The position numbers were made by a program, and so were the translations under genes. Positions 9,836 to 21,326 of a stretch of DNA of 64,000 bases are shown here, in pieces (positions within the stretch are counted from its first letter, which is position 1; every line of letters begins with the position of its first letter). The stretch lies in NCBI GenBank assembly GCA_965223855.1, contig CBDCXM010000008.1, positions 384,001-448,000 of the forward strand, written 5' to 3'. This stretch comes from Candidatus Multivoradales bacterium. Its GTDB lineage: Bacteria > Acidobacteriota > Thermoanaerobaculia > Multivoradales > JAHEKO01. Below the pieces are notes generated by a model that was not told where the DNA came from, did no database searches, and saw only the letters and a program-made list of their open reading frames with translations.

Positions 9836-10341
9836 CACAGAGAGACTCCGAGCCAGGCGACGCAGGCGCCGAACAGGGCACCGCTCAGGACATCGCTGGG
9901 ATAGTGCAGGCCGAGGGCGACTCGCGACAGGGCGATCGCCGCCGCCAGCGGAAGAAGGAGGATCGCGAGCCAGGGAAGCTGCGCGGTCAGGACAAACGTG
10001 AAGGCCACTGCGTGCATCGTGTGGCCCGAGGGAAAGGCGTACGGGTCGAGCGGCGCCACCGTACAGACGATCCGCTGCTCGACGACGAACGGTCGGGGCC
10101 GTGCCGTCGCCGACTTGATGAGGCGATAGCTCAGATGGTTCACGACACCGACGGCGGCGAGCCGAACTGCGAGGTCCCATGAGCCGTAGAGTGGTGAGAG
10201 GAGAGTCGCCGCAACCCAGAGCGGCCCGTCTCCGACCCGGCTCGCCAGGCCGAAAAGACGGCGCCCCCTTCCCGACACCGACTCGTGAAACCGGGTGCAC
10301 AGAGAGGAATCGAAGCTCTGAAGTCGAGCCCAGGCGGTCAC
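9835..10341 (-). CDS. PAP2-family membrane phosphatase
   Basis: KSATARPRP, FPSGH, SRVALGLHYPSDV (C1/C2/C3 motifs). Confidence 0.92.
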   Translation of the reverse strand: MTAWARLQSFDSSLCTRFHESVSGRGRRLFGLASRVGDGPLWVAATLLSPLYGSWDLAVRLAAVGVVNHLSYRLIKSATARPRPFVVEQRIVCTVAPLDPYAFPSGHTMHAVAFTFVLTAQLPWLAILLLPLAAAIALSRVALGLHYPSDVLSGALFGACVAWLGVSL

Positions 10342-10435
10342 GGCGTCGTCTCCACGCGAGAAAGATAGGAGCGACCGGTGACGTCGCCGCGAAGACGCTG
10401 CGACGGTCCCGCTTCGAGACTACGGCGATGTGGCG

Positions 10436-12715
10436 TCAGGAACCGGGAAGCTGCCGCCAGGCGCCGCCGGTCTGGAGCAAAAGCTTCTGTGCGTCGACCT
10501 TCGAGCCCTCTCGCGGCACCGGCTCGTAGCTGCCGTCAGGCAGCAGCCGCCTCGCCTTGCGATTGTCGGCGACGTGGCGGAGTAGGACGTCGTCGCGCAG
10601 GGCTGCCCTGAGGGCCTCGTTCTCGATCGGGAACAGCACCTCGACCCGGCCGTCGAGATTGCGCGGCATCAGGTCGGCACTGCCGAGCAGCAACTCCTCC
10701 TCGCCGCCGTTCCTGAAGTAGTACATCCGCGCGTGCTCGAGGAAGCGCCCGACGATCGACGTCACCCGGATGTTCTCGGAGACGCCGTCGACGCCCGGGC
10801 GCAGGCAGCAGATGCCTCGTACCTGCAGCTCGATCTCCACTCCGGCCTGCGATGCCTTGTAGAGCGCCTTGATGCACTTCTGATCGACCAGCGAGTTCAT
10901 CTTGAACACCAGCCGGCCGCCGCCCTGCTGCTTGTGTACCGCCACCTCACGCTCGATCCGCGCCAGCAGGGCGTTGCGCATCTCCTGCGGCGCGACGATC
11001 AACTTGCGGTAGTCGTGCTTCTGCGAGTAGCCGGTGATCGCGTTGAAGAGGTCCGAGACATCTTCACCGACTTCCGGGTCGTCGGTGAACAGTCCGAGGT
11101 CGGTGTAGATGCGGGCCGTGATCGGGTTGTAGTTGCCGGTTCCGAGGTGGACGTAGCGCCGGATCCCGTCCTCCTCCCGGCGCACCACCAGACAGATCTT
11201 TGCGTGGGTCTTGAGCCCCATCAGTCCGTAGACCACGTGAACGCCCGCCTCTTCGAGGGCGCGAGCCCAGACGATGTTGCGCTCCTCGTCGAAGCGAGCC
11301 TTGAGCTCCACCATCGCCGAGACCTGCTTGCCGTTCTGCCGCGCGTGCATCAGCGCTCGCACGATCGGCGAGTTGGCGCCGACCCTGTAGAGCGTCTGCT
11401 TGATCGCCACGACGTCCGGGTCGGAGGCGGCCTCCTCGAGGAACCGCACGACCGGCTGGAAACTGTCGTACGGATGGAAGACGACGATGTCCGAGCTGCG
11501 GATGGCTTCGAACATCGACTCCTCAGGGGCCAGCGCCGGGTGGAGGGTCGGCTGAAACGGCGCTTCCTTGAGCTCCGGAAAGTCGAGATCGTAGAGCTCC
11601 ATCAGGCCCGAGAGCCCCACCGGCCCGGTGGTATCGAACACCTGATACTCCTGGAGTCCCAGGTTGTGAACGAGCAGGTCGCGCACCCGCTGGGGAGCAT
11701 CCGCCTCGATCTCCAGCCGGATCGCCGAGCCGAAGTGACGCCGTTCGACGACGTCGGCCATCGCGGTCAGGAGGTCTCCCGCCTCGTCCTCTTCGATGTC
11801 GAGGTCGGCGTCGCGGGTGACGCGAAACGTGTAGGCGTCCCGGATCTCGATCCCCGGGAAGAGCAGATCGAGGTTCGCGGCGATCAGGTCCTCCAGAAAC
11901 ACCAGCCGGACCCGCGGAACGCCGTCCCCCGGAAGCAGCGGCGCCCGCTCGTCCGTGACCTCGAGGAACCTAGGCAGACTCAGTGGCACCTTGACGCGCG
12001 CGAAGCGCTCGATCTCGTCGTCCTCGAGGACGACGGCGAGGTTGAGCGAGAGACTCGAGATGTGCGGAAACGGATGGGCGGTATCCACCGCCAACGGCGT
12101 CAGGATCGGCGAGATCTCGGTGCGGAAGCGCTCCCGCAGACGCTCCTGCTCCCCCGGTTCGAGAGCGGCGAAGGTCGCGAACGAGACGCCCGCCTCCGAC
12201 AGCTTCGCTCTCACCTCTTCCCAGCACCGGCGACAGCGCTTCAGGAGCGGCTCGAGCCGCTCGCGGATCGCCGACATCTGCGCGATCGGCGTCATCCCGT
12301 CCGGCGGCGCAGTGACGACGCCGGTCTGCATCTGCCGCCGCAGTCCCGAGACCCTGACCATGAAGAACTCGTCGAGGTTGGAGCCGAAGATCGACAGGAA
12401 CTTCGCCCGATCGAGCAGCGGCGTCTTGCCCGACTCCGCCTCCTCCAGTACCCGCTCGTTGAACGCCAGCCAGGAGAGCTCGCGGTTCAGGTAGTAGGTC
12501 GAGTGTCCGAGCTTGCGCTTGGGCTTGGGCTTGGGTTGCGGCTCGGGCCTGGCTTGGGACGCGGCCCTGGCCTCTTTCTTCGGCCCGTCGGACTCCTCGG
12601 TCGAAGCGGCCATCTCGGGCGAGAGCTCGCTCGAGGACGCATTCGCAGGCTCCTCCCGGGCGGCGATGGCCGCCGGGATCGGCTCGGGAGCGGACTCGGG
12701 TCTCGTCTTGGACAT
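10436..12715 (-). CDS. ppk1: Polyphosphate kinase 1
   Basis: YLNRELSWLAFNERVL, SNLDEFFMVRV, HPFPHIS, IKQTLYRV, VELKARFDEE, KTHAK, GRFLEHAR. Confidence 0.97.
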   Translation of the reverse strand: MSKTRPESAPEPIPAAIAAREEPANASSSELSPEMAASTEESDGPKKEARAASQARPEPQPKPKPKRKLGHSTYYLNRELSWLAFNERVLEEAESGKTPLLDRAKFLSIFGSNLDEFFMVRVSGLRRQMQTGVVTAPPDGMTPIAQMSAIRERLEPLLKRCRRCWEEVRAKLSEAGVSFATFAALEPGEQERLRERFRTEISPILTPLAVDTAHPFPHISSLSLNLAVVLEDDEIERFARVKVPLSLPRFLEVTDERAPLLPGDGVPRVRLVFLEDLIAANLDLLFPGIEIRDAYTFRVTRDADLDIEEDEAGDLLTAMADVVERRHFGSAIRLEIEADAPQRVRDLLVHNLGLQEYQVFDTTGPVGLSGLMELYDLDFPELKEAPFQPTLHPALAPEESMFEAIRSSDIVVFHPYDSFQPVVRFLEEAASDPDVVAIKQTLYRVGANSPIVRALMHARQNGKQVSAMVELKARFDEERNIVWARALEEAGVHVVYGLMGLKTHAKICLVVRREEDGIRRYVHLGTGNYNPITARIYTDLGLFTDDPEVGEDVSDLFNAITGYSQKHDYRKLIVAPQEMRNALLARIEREVAVHKQQGGGRLVFKMNSLVDQKCIKALYKASQAGVEIELQVRGICCLRPGVDGVSENIRVTSIVGRFLEHARMYYFRNGGEEELLLGSADLMPRNLDGRVEVLFPIENEALRAALRDDVLLRHVADNRKARRLLPDGSYEPVPREGSKVDAQKLLLQTGGAWRQLPGS

Positions 12716-12773
12716 GGCGAAGCCACGTATTGTCTCGCACTTCGGCCGGAGGGCGTGTTACAACCACGGGACG

Positions 12774-13322
12774 ATGGCCCCTCGACGCCTCCTGCTGCTT
12801 CGGCACGGCAAATCCGACTGGCATGCAGACTACGGCAGCGATCACGATCGTCCGCTGGCTCCGCGAGGGGAGCGTGCCGCCGATCTCGTCGGCCGATGGC
12901 TGCGGCGGGCCGGGAGGATTCCCGATCTCGCGCTCACCTCGAGCGCCCGCCGTGCCCGCGACACCGTCTATCGGGCGGCGACGAGCGGCGAATGGCCGTG
13001 CGAGATTCGAGAGCTCGACGAGCTCTACATGACTTCGGCGGCCGGCGCACTCGCCGTGGCGGCCGGAACGCCCGCGGAGATCGACACGCTCCTCCTCGCC
13101 GGTCACCAGCCGACCCTTTCGTCTCTCGCAGCCCTCGCGATCGGCGGCGGCGAGGTACGCATGCCGACGGCGGGCCTCGCCTGTCTGCGACTCGAGTCGG
13201 GCGGCATCGGGCACGGCGACTGGGCCGCGGCTCGGCCGGGCGCCTTCGTCCTCGAGTGGCACGTGATTCCGAGGTTGCTCGAAGCGGTCGAGTCGAGCGC
13301 CGAGAACGAACCGAAGGACTGA
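12774..13322 (+). CDS. sixA: SixA-type histidine phosphatase
   Basis: LLLLRHGKSDW, DHDRPL, SSARRARDT, GHQP. Confidence 0.85.
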   Translation: MAPRRLLLLRHGKSDWHADYGSDHDRPLAPRGERAADLVGRWLRRAGRIPDLALTSSARRARDTVYRAATSGEWPCEIRELDELYMTSAAGALAVAAGTPAEIDTLLLAGHQPTLSSLAALAIGGGEVRMPTAGLACLRLESGGIGHGDWAAARPGAFVLEWHVIPRLLEAVESSAENEPKD

Positions 13323-13402
13323 GGCAGCGAGAGCCCCGGCGACGAAGGCCGGAGTCGCGAAGAAGGGGACGGCGAAGGAGGCTCGCTGAGCCTCCGGCGA
13401 CG

Positions 13403-14923
13403 TCAGTCGGCTCGCGTCGCGGTCGAGACGGCCTCGACGACGAGCGGTCGACCGAACGCGGCGTCGAACAGCTCGGCGTGCTGGCCCGCCTCCCACAGCT
13501 CGACGGTCGGAGTCTCGGCAGCGGTGAGCAACAGGCGAACCGCGTCCTCTTCCACCCTCACCTCGACATTCGAGACCCTTCCGGCGCGGCTGCGTTCGAG
13601 GCTCTCCGCCATCCGCAGGCAGGCGGTCATCTGCTGCAGGCTGAGGAGGTCCTCTTCCTCGAGAATCTCCTCGTAGCCGAGGATCTTCGGCGTCCCCTTG
13701 CGGTGGTAGCGCACCAGCAACGCCAGCAGTACCTGCTCACGATGCGAGAAGCCGGGGAGGCCTGCCGAGGTGATCACGTAGGCGCCGTGCTTGTGGTGCC
13801 GGTAGTAGTCGAGTTGCGTGCCGATGTCGTGGAGTGCCGAAGCCGCCGCCAGCAGCTCGAGATCGCGGTCGCCGAGCTCGTGGAGCGGCGACAGTCCGTG
13901 GAACAGGGCACGGCTCAGCGTCGCCACACGATCGGTGTGCTCGAGCGGCTGCCGGTGCCGCGCGGCGAGGTTGGAGACGGTGAAGCGCCGAACGTCGTCG
14001 ACAAGGTGCGGAGGCGGCAGGAAGTGCCGATACATCGCCCCCTCCCGCACCCCGTGCCCCGAAATCTCGATCGCCTCGAGCCCCGCGTTGCGAACGATCC
14101 AGCGGTAGACGAGAGCGCCCGCCACGAAGATGTCGGCCCGGTACGGCCGGATACCCGCGGTCTGGATCCGCTCCTCGAGCGTCATCGCCAACAGCTCCTC
14201 GGTGATCGTCTCGAGCCCCTCACGGGTGAAGCGGTAGCCATGGAGCACCGCCAGCGGATAGTTGCGCCGCTTCATCTCGAGGCGGGCCAGGTTGCGAACC
14301 GTGCCGCCCATGCCGATGAGGGGCAGCTCCGAGGCCTTCATGCGCGCCATCAGCGGCCCGAGGTGATCGGCGACGAAGCCCTCGAGTGCCGCGACCTCGA
14401 CGGCCGACGGCGGGTCGCTCGCGAGGAAGCTCTCGGTCAGACGCACCGCTCCCAGCGGGTACGAGGCGCCGTTCTTGTAACGCCGATCCTCCATGCGCGC
14501 TATCTGCGCGCTGCCGCCGCCAAGATCCATCACCCAGCCGTCGTCGACGTCGAAGCCGTTGGCCGCCGCCAGGACTCCCAGCTCGGCCTCCTCGGTGCCC
14601 TCGAGCACCCTGACCGCGAAGCCCTGCCGCTCGATCGGACCGAGCACCTCTTCGCGGTTCGAAGCGTCGCGCACCGCGCTCGTAGCAAGGATCTCGAGGT
14701 CGTCGAGATGGGTCGCACGGGCGAAGTCCTCGAACAGCTCGACCGCCGCGAGCGCTCGACCGACCGCCGCCGCCGTCAGGCGGCCGTCGCGGGCCAGTCC
14801 CTCTCCGAGGCGTACCGGCTCACGGATCGCCTCGACCATCCGCACGCTCGATTCCTCCTCGAACTCGAACACGACGAGACGTGCGGTGTTCGAGCCGAGG
14901 TCGGCGATACCGACCCTTCGCAC
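13403..14923 (-). CDS. ppx: Ppx/GppA exopolyphosphatase with C-terminal HD domain
   Basis: [36 protein letters not shown]. Confidence 0.92.
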   Translation of the reverse strand: MRRVGIADLGSNTARLVVFEFEEESSVRMVEAIREPVRLGEGLARDGRLTAAAVGRALAAVELFEDFARATHLDDLEILATSAVRDASNREEVLGPIERQGFAVRVLEGTEEAELGVLAAANGFDVDDGWVMDLGGGSAQIARMEDRRYKNGASYPLGAVRLTESFLASDPPSAVEVAALEGFVADHLGPLMARMKASELPLIGMGGTVRNLARLEMKRRNYPLAVLHGYRFTREGLETITEELLAMTLEERIQTAGIRPYRADIFVAGALVYRWIVRNAGLEAIEISGHGVREGAMYRHFLPPPHLVDDVRRFTVSNLAARHRQPLEHTDRVATLSRALFHGLSPLHELGDRDLELLAAASALHDIGTQLDYYRHHKHGAYVITSAGLPGFSHREQVLLALLVRYHRKGTPKILGYEEILEEEDLLSLQQMTACLRMAESLERSRAGRVSNVEVRVEEDAVRLLLTAAETPTVELWEAGQHAELFDAAFGRPLVVEAVSTATRAD

Positions 14924-15090
14924 GCGCCAGTTATACACCACCCCGGCGGTCCTTCCGGCGCCGCTTCTCTGCTAGCCTCGGAAGCGTCCTTCGACGCCCG
15001 CCGCGCGCCCTCGGCGCGCCCCCGGTCGGCAGGACCGACCGCCTCCCCGGGGCGCCATTCGGCAGCGTCTTCTTCACGACGGGAATCCCC

Positions 15091-18000
15091 ATGACCGACT
15101 CCGCGAACGAGAGCTACAAGCCCCGCCATCCGATTCGAATCGTCACGGCCGCGTCGCTCTTCGACGGCCACGACGCCGCCATCAACATCATGCGGCGGAT
15201 CCTCCAGGCGTCGGGGGCGGAGGTGATTCACCTCGGCCACAACCGGTCGGTCGCGGAGATCGTCAACTGCGCGATCCAGGAGGACGTGCAGGCGGTCGCC
15301 ATCACCTCCTATCAGGGCGGCCACATCGAGTACTTCCGGTACATGCACGATCTGCTGCGCGAGGCGGGTACCGACATCAAGATCTTCGGCGGCGGCGGCG
15401 GCACCATCCTCCCCTCGGAGATCGAAGAGCTTCACGACTACGGCATCGCCCGGATCTACTCGCCCGACGACGGCCGCAAGCTCGGGCTTCAGGGGATGAT
15501 CGACGACCTGCTCGAGCAGTGCGACTTCCCCACCATCACGCCGCCGCTCGACGGCCATGTGTCGACGCTGCCGAAGGGCGACGCGCGATCGATCGGCCAG
15601 CTCATCTCGCTGGCCGAGAACTACCCCGAGGAATCGCGGGCACTGACCGCAGCCCTCCAGCCGATGCTCGAAGAGAAGAGCGTCCCGGTGCTCGGCATCA
15701 CCGGCACGGGCGGTGCCGGCAAGTCGTCGCTCGTCGACGAACTGGTGCGGCGCTTCCTCGTCGACTTCGACGACAAGCGGATCGCCGTCATCTCGGTCGA
15801 TCCGTCCAAGCGGCGCAGCGGCGGCGCGCTCCTGGGCGATCGCATCCGGATGAACTCGATCGACCACCCGCGCGCCTACATGCGCTCTCTGGCGACGCGC
15901 CAGTCGAATCTGGCCCTGTCGAAGCACGTTCAGGCGGCGATCGACATCGTCAAGGCGGCCAACTTCGACCTCGTCATCGTCGAGACGTCAGGCATCGGCC
16001 AGTCCGACACCGAGATCGTCGAGCACTCCGACGTCTCTCTCTACGTGATGACCGCCGAGTACGGCGCCGCGACCCAGCTCGAGAAGATCGACATGCTCGA
16101 CTTCGCCGACGTCATCGCGATCAACAAGTTCGACAAGCGCGGCTCGCTCGACGCTCTGCGCGACGTCCGCAAGCAGGTGCAGCGCAACCGCAACAGCTTC
16201 GACACCGCGCCAGAGGATCTGCCGATCTACGGCACCATCGCCTCGCAGTTCTCTGATCCCGGCACCAACCGTCTCTACCGCGTGCTGATGGACGCTCTGG
16301 TCGAGAAGACCGGGGCACCGCTCGAGTCGAGCTTCGAGATCACCGAGGCGATGAGCGAGAAGCGCGCCCTGATTCCTCCGGAGCGGGTGCGCTATCTGGC
16401 GGAGATCTGCGAGGAGAGCGAGCGCTACGACGCCTTCGTGCGCGAACAGTCGAACCTCGCCCGGCGGATGTACCAGCTTTCGGGCACGATCGAAGTGCTG
16501 CGCGCCAACCTCGGCAGGAAGACGCTCGAGGTGGTCGAGCCGTCGGAGGGGACCGAAGACTCGACCGTCCACGTCATCCAGCGTGAGGAGAGCGAGCCGG
16601 AGTATCTGGGCGACCTGATCGAGCGCTACAACGAGCTCGAAGCGCGGCTCGACCCCGACTGCCGCCGCCTGCTCGCGGAGTGGCCGGCGACGGTCGAGCG
16701 CTACAAGGCGGACCAGTACCGGTTCGAGGTTCGCGGCAAGGTGATCGAGCAGAGCCTCTATCGCGAATCGCTGTCGCACCTCAGGATCCCGCGCGTCTCC
16801 CTCCCCCGCTACAGGGACTGGGGCGACATCCTCCGCTGGCTCCTGACCGAGAACGCGCCGGGGATGTTCCCATACGCCGCCGGGGTCTTCCCGCTCAAAC
16901 GGCAGGGGGAGGACCCGGCTCGGATGTTCGCCGGCGAGGGCGGCCCGGAGCGGACCAACAAGCGCTTCCACTACCTCTCGCGCGGCATGCCGGCGAAGCG
17001 GCTCTCGACCGCCTTCGACTCGGTCACCCTCTACGGCGAGAACCCGGATCCGCGCCCGGACATCTACGGCAAGGTCGGCAACTCCGGCGTCTCGATCGCC
17101 ACGGTCGACGACGCCAAGAAGCTCTACTCCGGCTTCGATCTCGCCGACCCCACGACCTCGGTGTCGATGACGATCAACGGCCCGGCGCCGATGATCCTCG
17201 CCTTCTTCATGAACGCCGCCATCGACCAGCAGTGCGAGCGCTACGTCCGCGAGCAGGGGCTCGAGCGGGAGATCGACGACAAGATCGACCGGCTCTATGC
17301 CGCCCGCGACGCCGGGCGTCCGCGCTACCAGGGGGAGCTGCCGGAGGGCAACGACGGGCTCGGCCTGCTGCTGCTCGGTGTCTCCGGCGACGAGGTGCTC
17401 CCGCGCGAGACCTACGAGCAACTGAAGGCCGAGGCGCTCACCCGGGTACGCGGCACCGTGCAGGCGGACATCCTCAAGGAGGACCAGGCCCAGAACACCT
17501 GCATCTTCTCGACCGAGTTCGCGCTACGAATGATGGGCGACATCCAGGAGTCGTTCACCCGCAACCGGGTGCGCAACTTCTACTCGGTGTCGATCTCCGG
17601 TTACCACATCGCCGAGGCGGGGGCGAACCCGATCAGCCAGGTGGCGTTCACGCTGGCGAACGGCTTCACCTTCGTCGAGTACTACCTGGCGCGTGGGCTC
17701 GACATCGACGACTTCGCGCCGAACCTGTCGTTCTTCTTCTCCAACGGGCTCGATCCGGAGTACGCGGTCATCGGGCGGGTGGCGAGGAGGATCTGGGCGA
17801 AGGCGATCCGGCACCGCTATGGCGGCAACTCGAGGTCGCAGAAGCTCAAGTACCACATCCAGACCTCGGGCCGGTCGCTCCACGCCCAGGAGATCGCCTT
17901 CAACGACATCCGCACCACGCTGCAGGCGCTCTACGCTCTCTACGACAACTGCAACTCGCTTCACACCAACGCCTACGACGAGGCGATCACGACGCCCACT

Positions 18001-18549
18001 GAGGAGAGTGTCCGCCGGGCGCTGGCGATCCAGTTGATCATCAACAAGGAGCTCGGGCTCTCCTTCAACGAGAACCCGCTCCAGGGCTCGTTCATCATCG
18101 AGGAGCTGACCGAACTCGTCGAGGAGGCGGTGCTCGCCGAGTTCCGGCGCATCTCCGAGCGCGGCGGCGTCCTCGGAGCGATGGAGCGGATGTACCAGCG
18201 CACCCGGATCCAGGAGGAGTCGCTCTACTACGAGTCGCTCAAGCACTCCGGCGAGCTGCCGATCGTCGGCGTCAACACCTTCCTCGATCCGCAGGGCTCG
18301 CCGACCGTGCTGCCGGCGGAGGTGATCCGCGCCACCACCGAGGAGAAGCGGTACGCGATCGAGTCGCTCGAGGCGTTCCACGAGCGCAACGCCGAGACGG
18401 CCCCGGAAGCACTCGACAGCCTGCGGCGCGCGGCGATCGAGAACGGCAACCTCTTCGACACTCTCCTCGAGGTCACCAGGGTCTGCAGTCTCGGCCAGAT
18501 CTCGGGCGCGCTCTACGAAGTCGGCGGCCGCTACCGCCGCAACATGTAG
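15091..18549 (+). CDS. icmF: Fused isobutyryl-CoA mutase / MeaI GTPase
   Basis: N-terminal B12-binding domain ([14 protein letters not shown]), P-loop [13 protein letters not shown], and a C-terminal mutase barrel with 'RMFAGEG' (Phe, ICM-type). Confidence 0.95.
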   Translation: MTDSANESYKPRHPIRIVTAASLFDGHDAAINIMRRILQASGAEVIHLGHNRSVAEIVNCAIQEDVQAVAITSYQGGHIEYFRYMHDLLREAGTDIKIFGGGGGTILPSEIEELHDYGIARIYSPDDGRKLGLQGMIDDLLEQCDFPTITPPLDGHVSTLPKGDARSIGQLISLAENYPEESRALTAALQPMLEEKSVPVLGITGTGGAGKSSLVDELVRRFLVDFDDKRIAVISVDPSKRRSGGALLGDRIRMNSIDHPRAYMRSLATRQSNLALSKHVQAAIDIVKAANFDLVIVETSGIGQSDTEIVEHSDVSLYVMTAEYGAATQLEKIDMLDFADVIAINKFDKRGSLDALRDVRKQVQRNRNSFDTAPEDLPIYGTIASQFSDPGTNRLYRVLMDALVEKTGAPLESSFEITEAMSEKRALIPPERVRYLAEICEESERYDAFVREQSNLARRMYQLSGTIEVLRANLGRKTLEVVEPSEGTEDSTVHVIQREESEPEYLGDLIERYNELEARLDPDCRRLLAEWPATVERYKADQYRFEVRGKVIEQSLYRESLSHLRIPRVSLPRYRDWGDILRWLLTENAPGMFPYAAGVFPLKRQGEDPARMFAGEGGPERTNKRFHYLSRGMPAKRLSTAFDSVTLYGENPDPRPDIYGKVGNSGVSIATVDDAKKLYSGFDLADPTTSVSMTINGPAPMILAFFMNAAIDQQCERYVREQGLEREIDDKIDRLYAARDAGRPRYQGELPEGNDGLGLLLLGVSGDEVLPRETYEQLKAEALTRVRGTVQADILKEDQAQNTCIFSTEFALRMMGDIQESFTRNRVRNFYSVSISGYHIAEAGANPISQVAFTLANGFTFVEYYLARGLDIDDFAPNLSFFFSNGLDPEYAVIGRVARRIWAKAIRHRYGGNSRSQKLKYHIQTSGRSLHAQEIAFNDIRTTLQALYALYDNCNSLHTNAYDEAITTPTEESVRRALAIQLIINKELGLSFNENPLQGSFIIEELTELVEEAVLAEFRRISERGGVLGAMERMYQRTRIQEESLYYESLKHSGELPIVGVNTFLDPQGSPTVLPAEVIRATTEEKRYAIESLEAFHERNAETAPEALDSLRRAAIENGNLFDTLLEVTRVCSLGQISGALYEVGGRYRRNM

Positions 18550-19097
18550 CTCCTCTTTTCGCCGAGGCGCTTCGCAGCCGACCTCGCGGCGCGTCGGCGA
18601 TCGACGACGGGCACCCGGCGCGCCGAGCGCTCGGGCCGCTCCGGCTGCGGGTCGATCGGTTCAAGCTGGAGAGCCGGACTGAGGTAGGCCCAGGGATAGT
18701 CCTGCCAACCGGCGCATCTCCCGGTGGCGAGTACGTTGGCGAGCAGGTAGCGGGCAACCGGGCGCGAATCACTCGCGCGATCGAGCCGGCCCTCGAAGTA
18801 GGACGGCTGCCACAGCGGCCCGTCCCAACCACGGCTCCAGGCGATGCGGGTCGAGGCCGCCTTGAACGCCTCTACGAAGCGGTCGAGATCGGCGCCGTCG
18901 GTCAGCAGCCAATGCAGGTGATCGGGCAGCAGGAGCGCCGCCAGCGTCCGCCGCGAACGTCTCACGGCCTCGAAGACCGGCAGCGCGATCCCCGTCCGCT
19001 CGAAGACCTGTGCCCCGCGATCGGTTCGAAGGGTCAGGTGCACCGGCAATGACCCGGCCCTGCCATCCCGGCTGCCGCCTCCCCCGGAGCCGTCCAC
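18531..19097 (-). mobile_element. REP-associated tyrosine transposase (RAYT / IS200 Y1 HUH family), possibly degenerate
   Basis: VHLTLRT, HUH motif 'LPDHLH', 'FKAAS', 'LWQPSYF', 'ARYLLAN', 'WQDYPW'. GTG at 19097 has GGAGG 8 nt upstream. Confidence 0.75.
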
Positions 19098-19352
19098 CCG
19101 CCCGTCCTCCCGAGTTCGACAGAGCGGCTTTCCGCTGCGTTCGACTCCGTGATTCGTCTGACTCGAAGCGCTCACATCAGGACAGACGCGAACCGTTCGC
19201 GGAACCTTGCACGTCGGACGAGCAGGCACCGGGAAAGACCAGGCGAGTGATAGAAAACACCTCTCCAACGACCGATCGGCCCGGTCCGCCTTCGCGACCG
19301 ACCCGAGACACCACCGAGGCCGCCCGGCACCAGGCGGCGGTCACCATTCCCG

Positions 19353-21326
19353 ATGAAACCGCCCTCCGACTCGCCCCGACACGCCGACTGGCGGCAGCGC
19401 GTCGAACAGGAACTGCGCGGCGCCGACTTCGACGCCACCCTCGTGAGCCGCCCCTACACCGGCATCGAGGTCCAACCGCTCTATTCGCCTGGCACCTCGA
19501 CGGCGGGCACCTCGACGGCGGAACATTCGCCTGGCACCTGGACGGGGCCTGTGGTGGCGGGGGCGCTCGGGTGGCACTCTTGTTCGCTGCTGGAGGCTCC
19601 TTCGATCGCACAGGTGCGGCGGCAGTGGGAGGACGACGCCGCCGGAGGGAGCACTGCGGCCTGGCTGCGGTTCGATCTCGCCACGCGTCTCGGCCTGACG
19701 ACCACCGACGGCACCACGGACGGCATTCCGCTGCGCAACGTCGAGGATCTGGAGGAGTGGTTCGGCGACGGCCTGTCGATCGACACGCCGTGGATCCTCG
19801 ACGCCGGGGCCAACGCCCTGCCGGCTGCGCTGACTTTCCTCGCCTTCGCCGACTCGCGCGGAGCACAGCGCGCCTCGCTCGAGCTGCACTGCGGTCTCGA
19901 TCCGCTGACCGCACTCGCCACCGACGGCGAGCTTCCCGGGCCGCTCGACGCGCTCAAGGCGGAGATGCGACAGCTCACGACCTTCTGCGACGCCGTGCTC
20001 CCGCGCTCGACCGCGCTCACACTCTCCACGGTGCCGATCCACGAAGCCGGCGGCGACCCGGTCGACGAGCTCGGCTGGCTGGCGGCCGCCCTGGTCGAAA
20101 CCCTGCGCTGGATGGACAGCGAGGGGGTCGAGCCCGCCACGGTCGCGCCGCGCGTGCTCCTGCGGCTCACCGCGGACACCGACCTCTTCGGCACGATCGC
20201 GAAACTGAGAGCGGCGCGGACGCTCTGGCAACGCGTGCTGACGGCGTGCGGGGTCGACGAACCGCCGGCTCCGCTCCTTCACGTCGTCGGCGGCGATCGG
20301 ACGCTGACCCGCCGCGATCCGTGGGTCAACATGCTGCGGGCGACCTCGCAGGGCGTCGGCGCGGTGCTCGGCGGGGCCGGCTTCGTGACCGTGCCGAGCT
20401 GGGATCGGCCGCTGGGATCCGCCTCGACGAACGGACGGCGCCTTGCCCGCAACACCCAGTCGATCCTCGGCCTCGAATCCGCCCTCGGCCGGGTCGCCGA
20501 TCCCGGTGCCGGGTCCTACTACCTCGAGGCACTGACGGATCAGTTCGCCCGCGCGGGCTGGCAGCGCATGCGGGAGATCGAGGCGCGCGGCGGAGCCTGC
20601 GCCGAACTCACCTCGGGGCGGCTCGCCACGACGCTCGCCGAGCAATGGAGCGCGCGTGCCGACCAGCTGGCGCGACGGGAGATCGCGATCACCGGAGTGA
20701 GCGAGTTCGCCAACCTCGACGAGCGGGTACCGCAGCCCGCGTCGCCCGCGGCCTCCGAACGCACCGTGCCCGCGCACGGCTGCGACGAGGAGGATCTCGA
20801 ACTCGCCTCCGCCCTCGACCGCCTGTCCGTATGGTGCCGCTGCGCCGCCTCCGGAGCCTCGATCGCGGAGCTGTCGCAGGCTCTCGACCGTGCGCCGAAC
20901 GAGGACTCCCCGGCGCCGCGGGTCGAGCCGTTGCCGCGCCAGCGGGACGCAGCGGCCTTCGAGGCGCTCCGGGCGCGCGCCGAGTCCGCTCCGCAACCGC
21001 CGCTCGTCCACCTCGAACGCCTCGGCCCGCTGCGCGAGCACAAGGCGCGCGCCGACTTCGCCCGCCGCTTCTTCGCCGCCGGCGGCATTGCGGTGGCCGA
21101 GACGGACGCCTACGACCCCGCCGTCACCCCGATCGCCTGCCTGTGCGGCACCGACGACGCCTACGCGACCTCGGGCGCCGACGACGCCGCCCGGCTGCGC
21201 GCCGCCGGCGCCTCGACCGTGCTCGTCGCCGGTCGCGCGACGGCGCTCGGCGACCCCTCGGCGGTCGACGGCGAGCTCCATCTCGGCGCCGACCTCCCGG
21301 CACTGCTGACGAGGCTCCTCGGATGA
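19353..21326 (+). CDS. mutA: Methylmalonyl-CoA mutase small (beta) subunit
   Basis: [56 protein letters not shown]. Lacks the DxH cobalamin motif. Confidence 0.85.
   Translation: MKPPSDSPRHADWRQRVEQELRGADFDATLVSRPYTGIEVQPLYSPGTSTAGTSTAEHSPGTWTGPVVAGALGWHSCSLLEAPSIAQVRRQWEDDAAGGSTAAWLRFDLATRLGLTTTDGTTDGIPLRNVEDLEEWFGDGLSIDTPWILDAGANALPAALTFLAFADSRGAQRASLELHCGLDPLTALATDGELPGPLDALKAEMRQLTTFCDAVLPRSTALTLSTVPIHEAGGDPVDELGWLAAALVETLRWMDSEGVEPATVAPRVLLRLTADTDLFGTIAKLRAARTLWQRVLTACGVDEPPAPLLHVVGGDRTLTRRDPWVNMLRATSQGVGAVLGGAGFVTVPSWDRPLGSASTNGRRLARNTQSILGLESALGRVADPGAGSYYLEALTDQFARAGWQRMREIEARGGACAELTSGRLATTLAEQWSARADQLARREIAITGVSEFANLDERVPQPASPAASERTVPAHGCDEEDLELASALDRLSVWCRCAASGASIAELSQALDRAPNEDSPAPRVEPLPRQRDAAAFEALRARAESAPQPPLVHLERLGPLREHKARADFARRFFAAGGIAVAETDAYDPAVTPIACLCGTDDAYATSGADDAARLRAAGASTVLVAGRATALGDPSAVDGELHLGADLPALLTRLLG

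Noticed and set aside
14940-15090. Cobalamin riboswitch upstream of icmF (also checked 19100-19350 before mutA)
   Set aside because: No B12-box or GGGAA...GCCCCCGCAACTGT-type core was found.
10733-15094. Long antisense or off-frame ORFs (also 435-2084, 8597-9904, 21161-23554, 42533-44902 and others)
   Set aside because: These are high-GC shadow ORFs opposite well-supported genes and carry no domain motifs.
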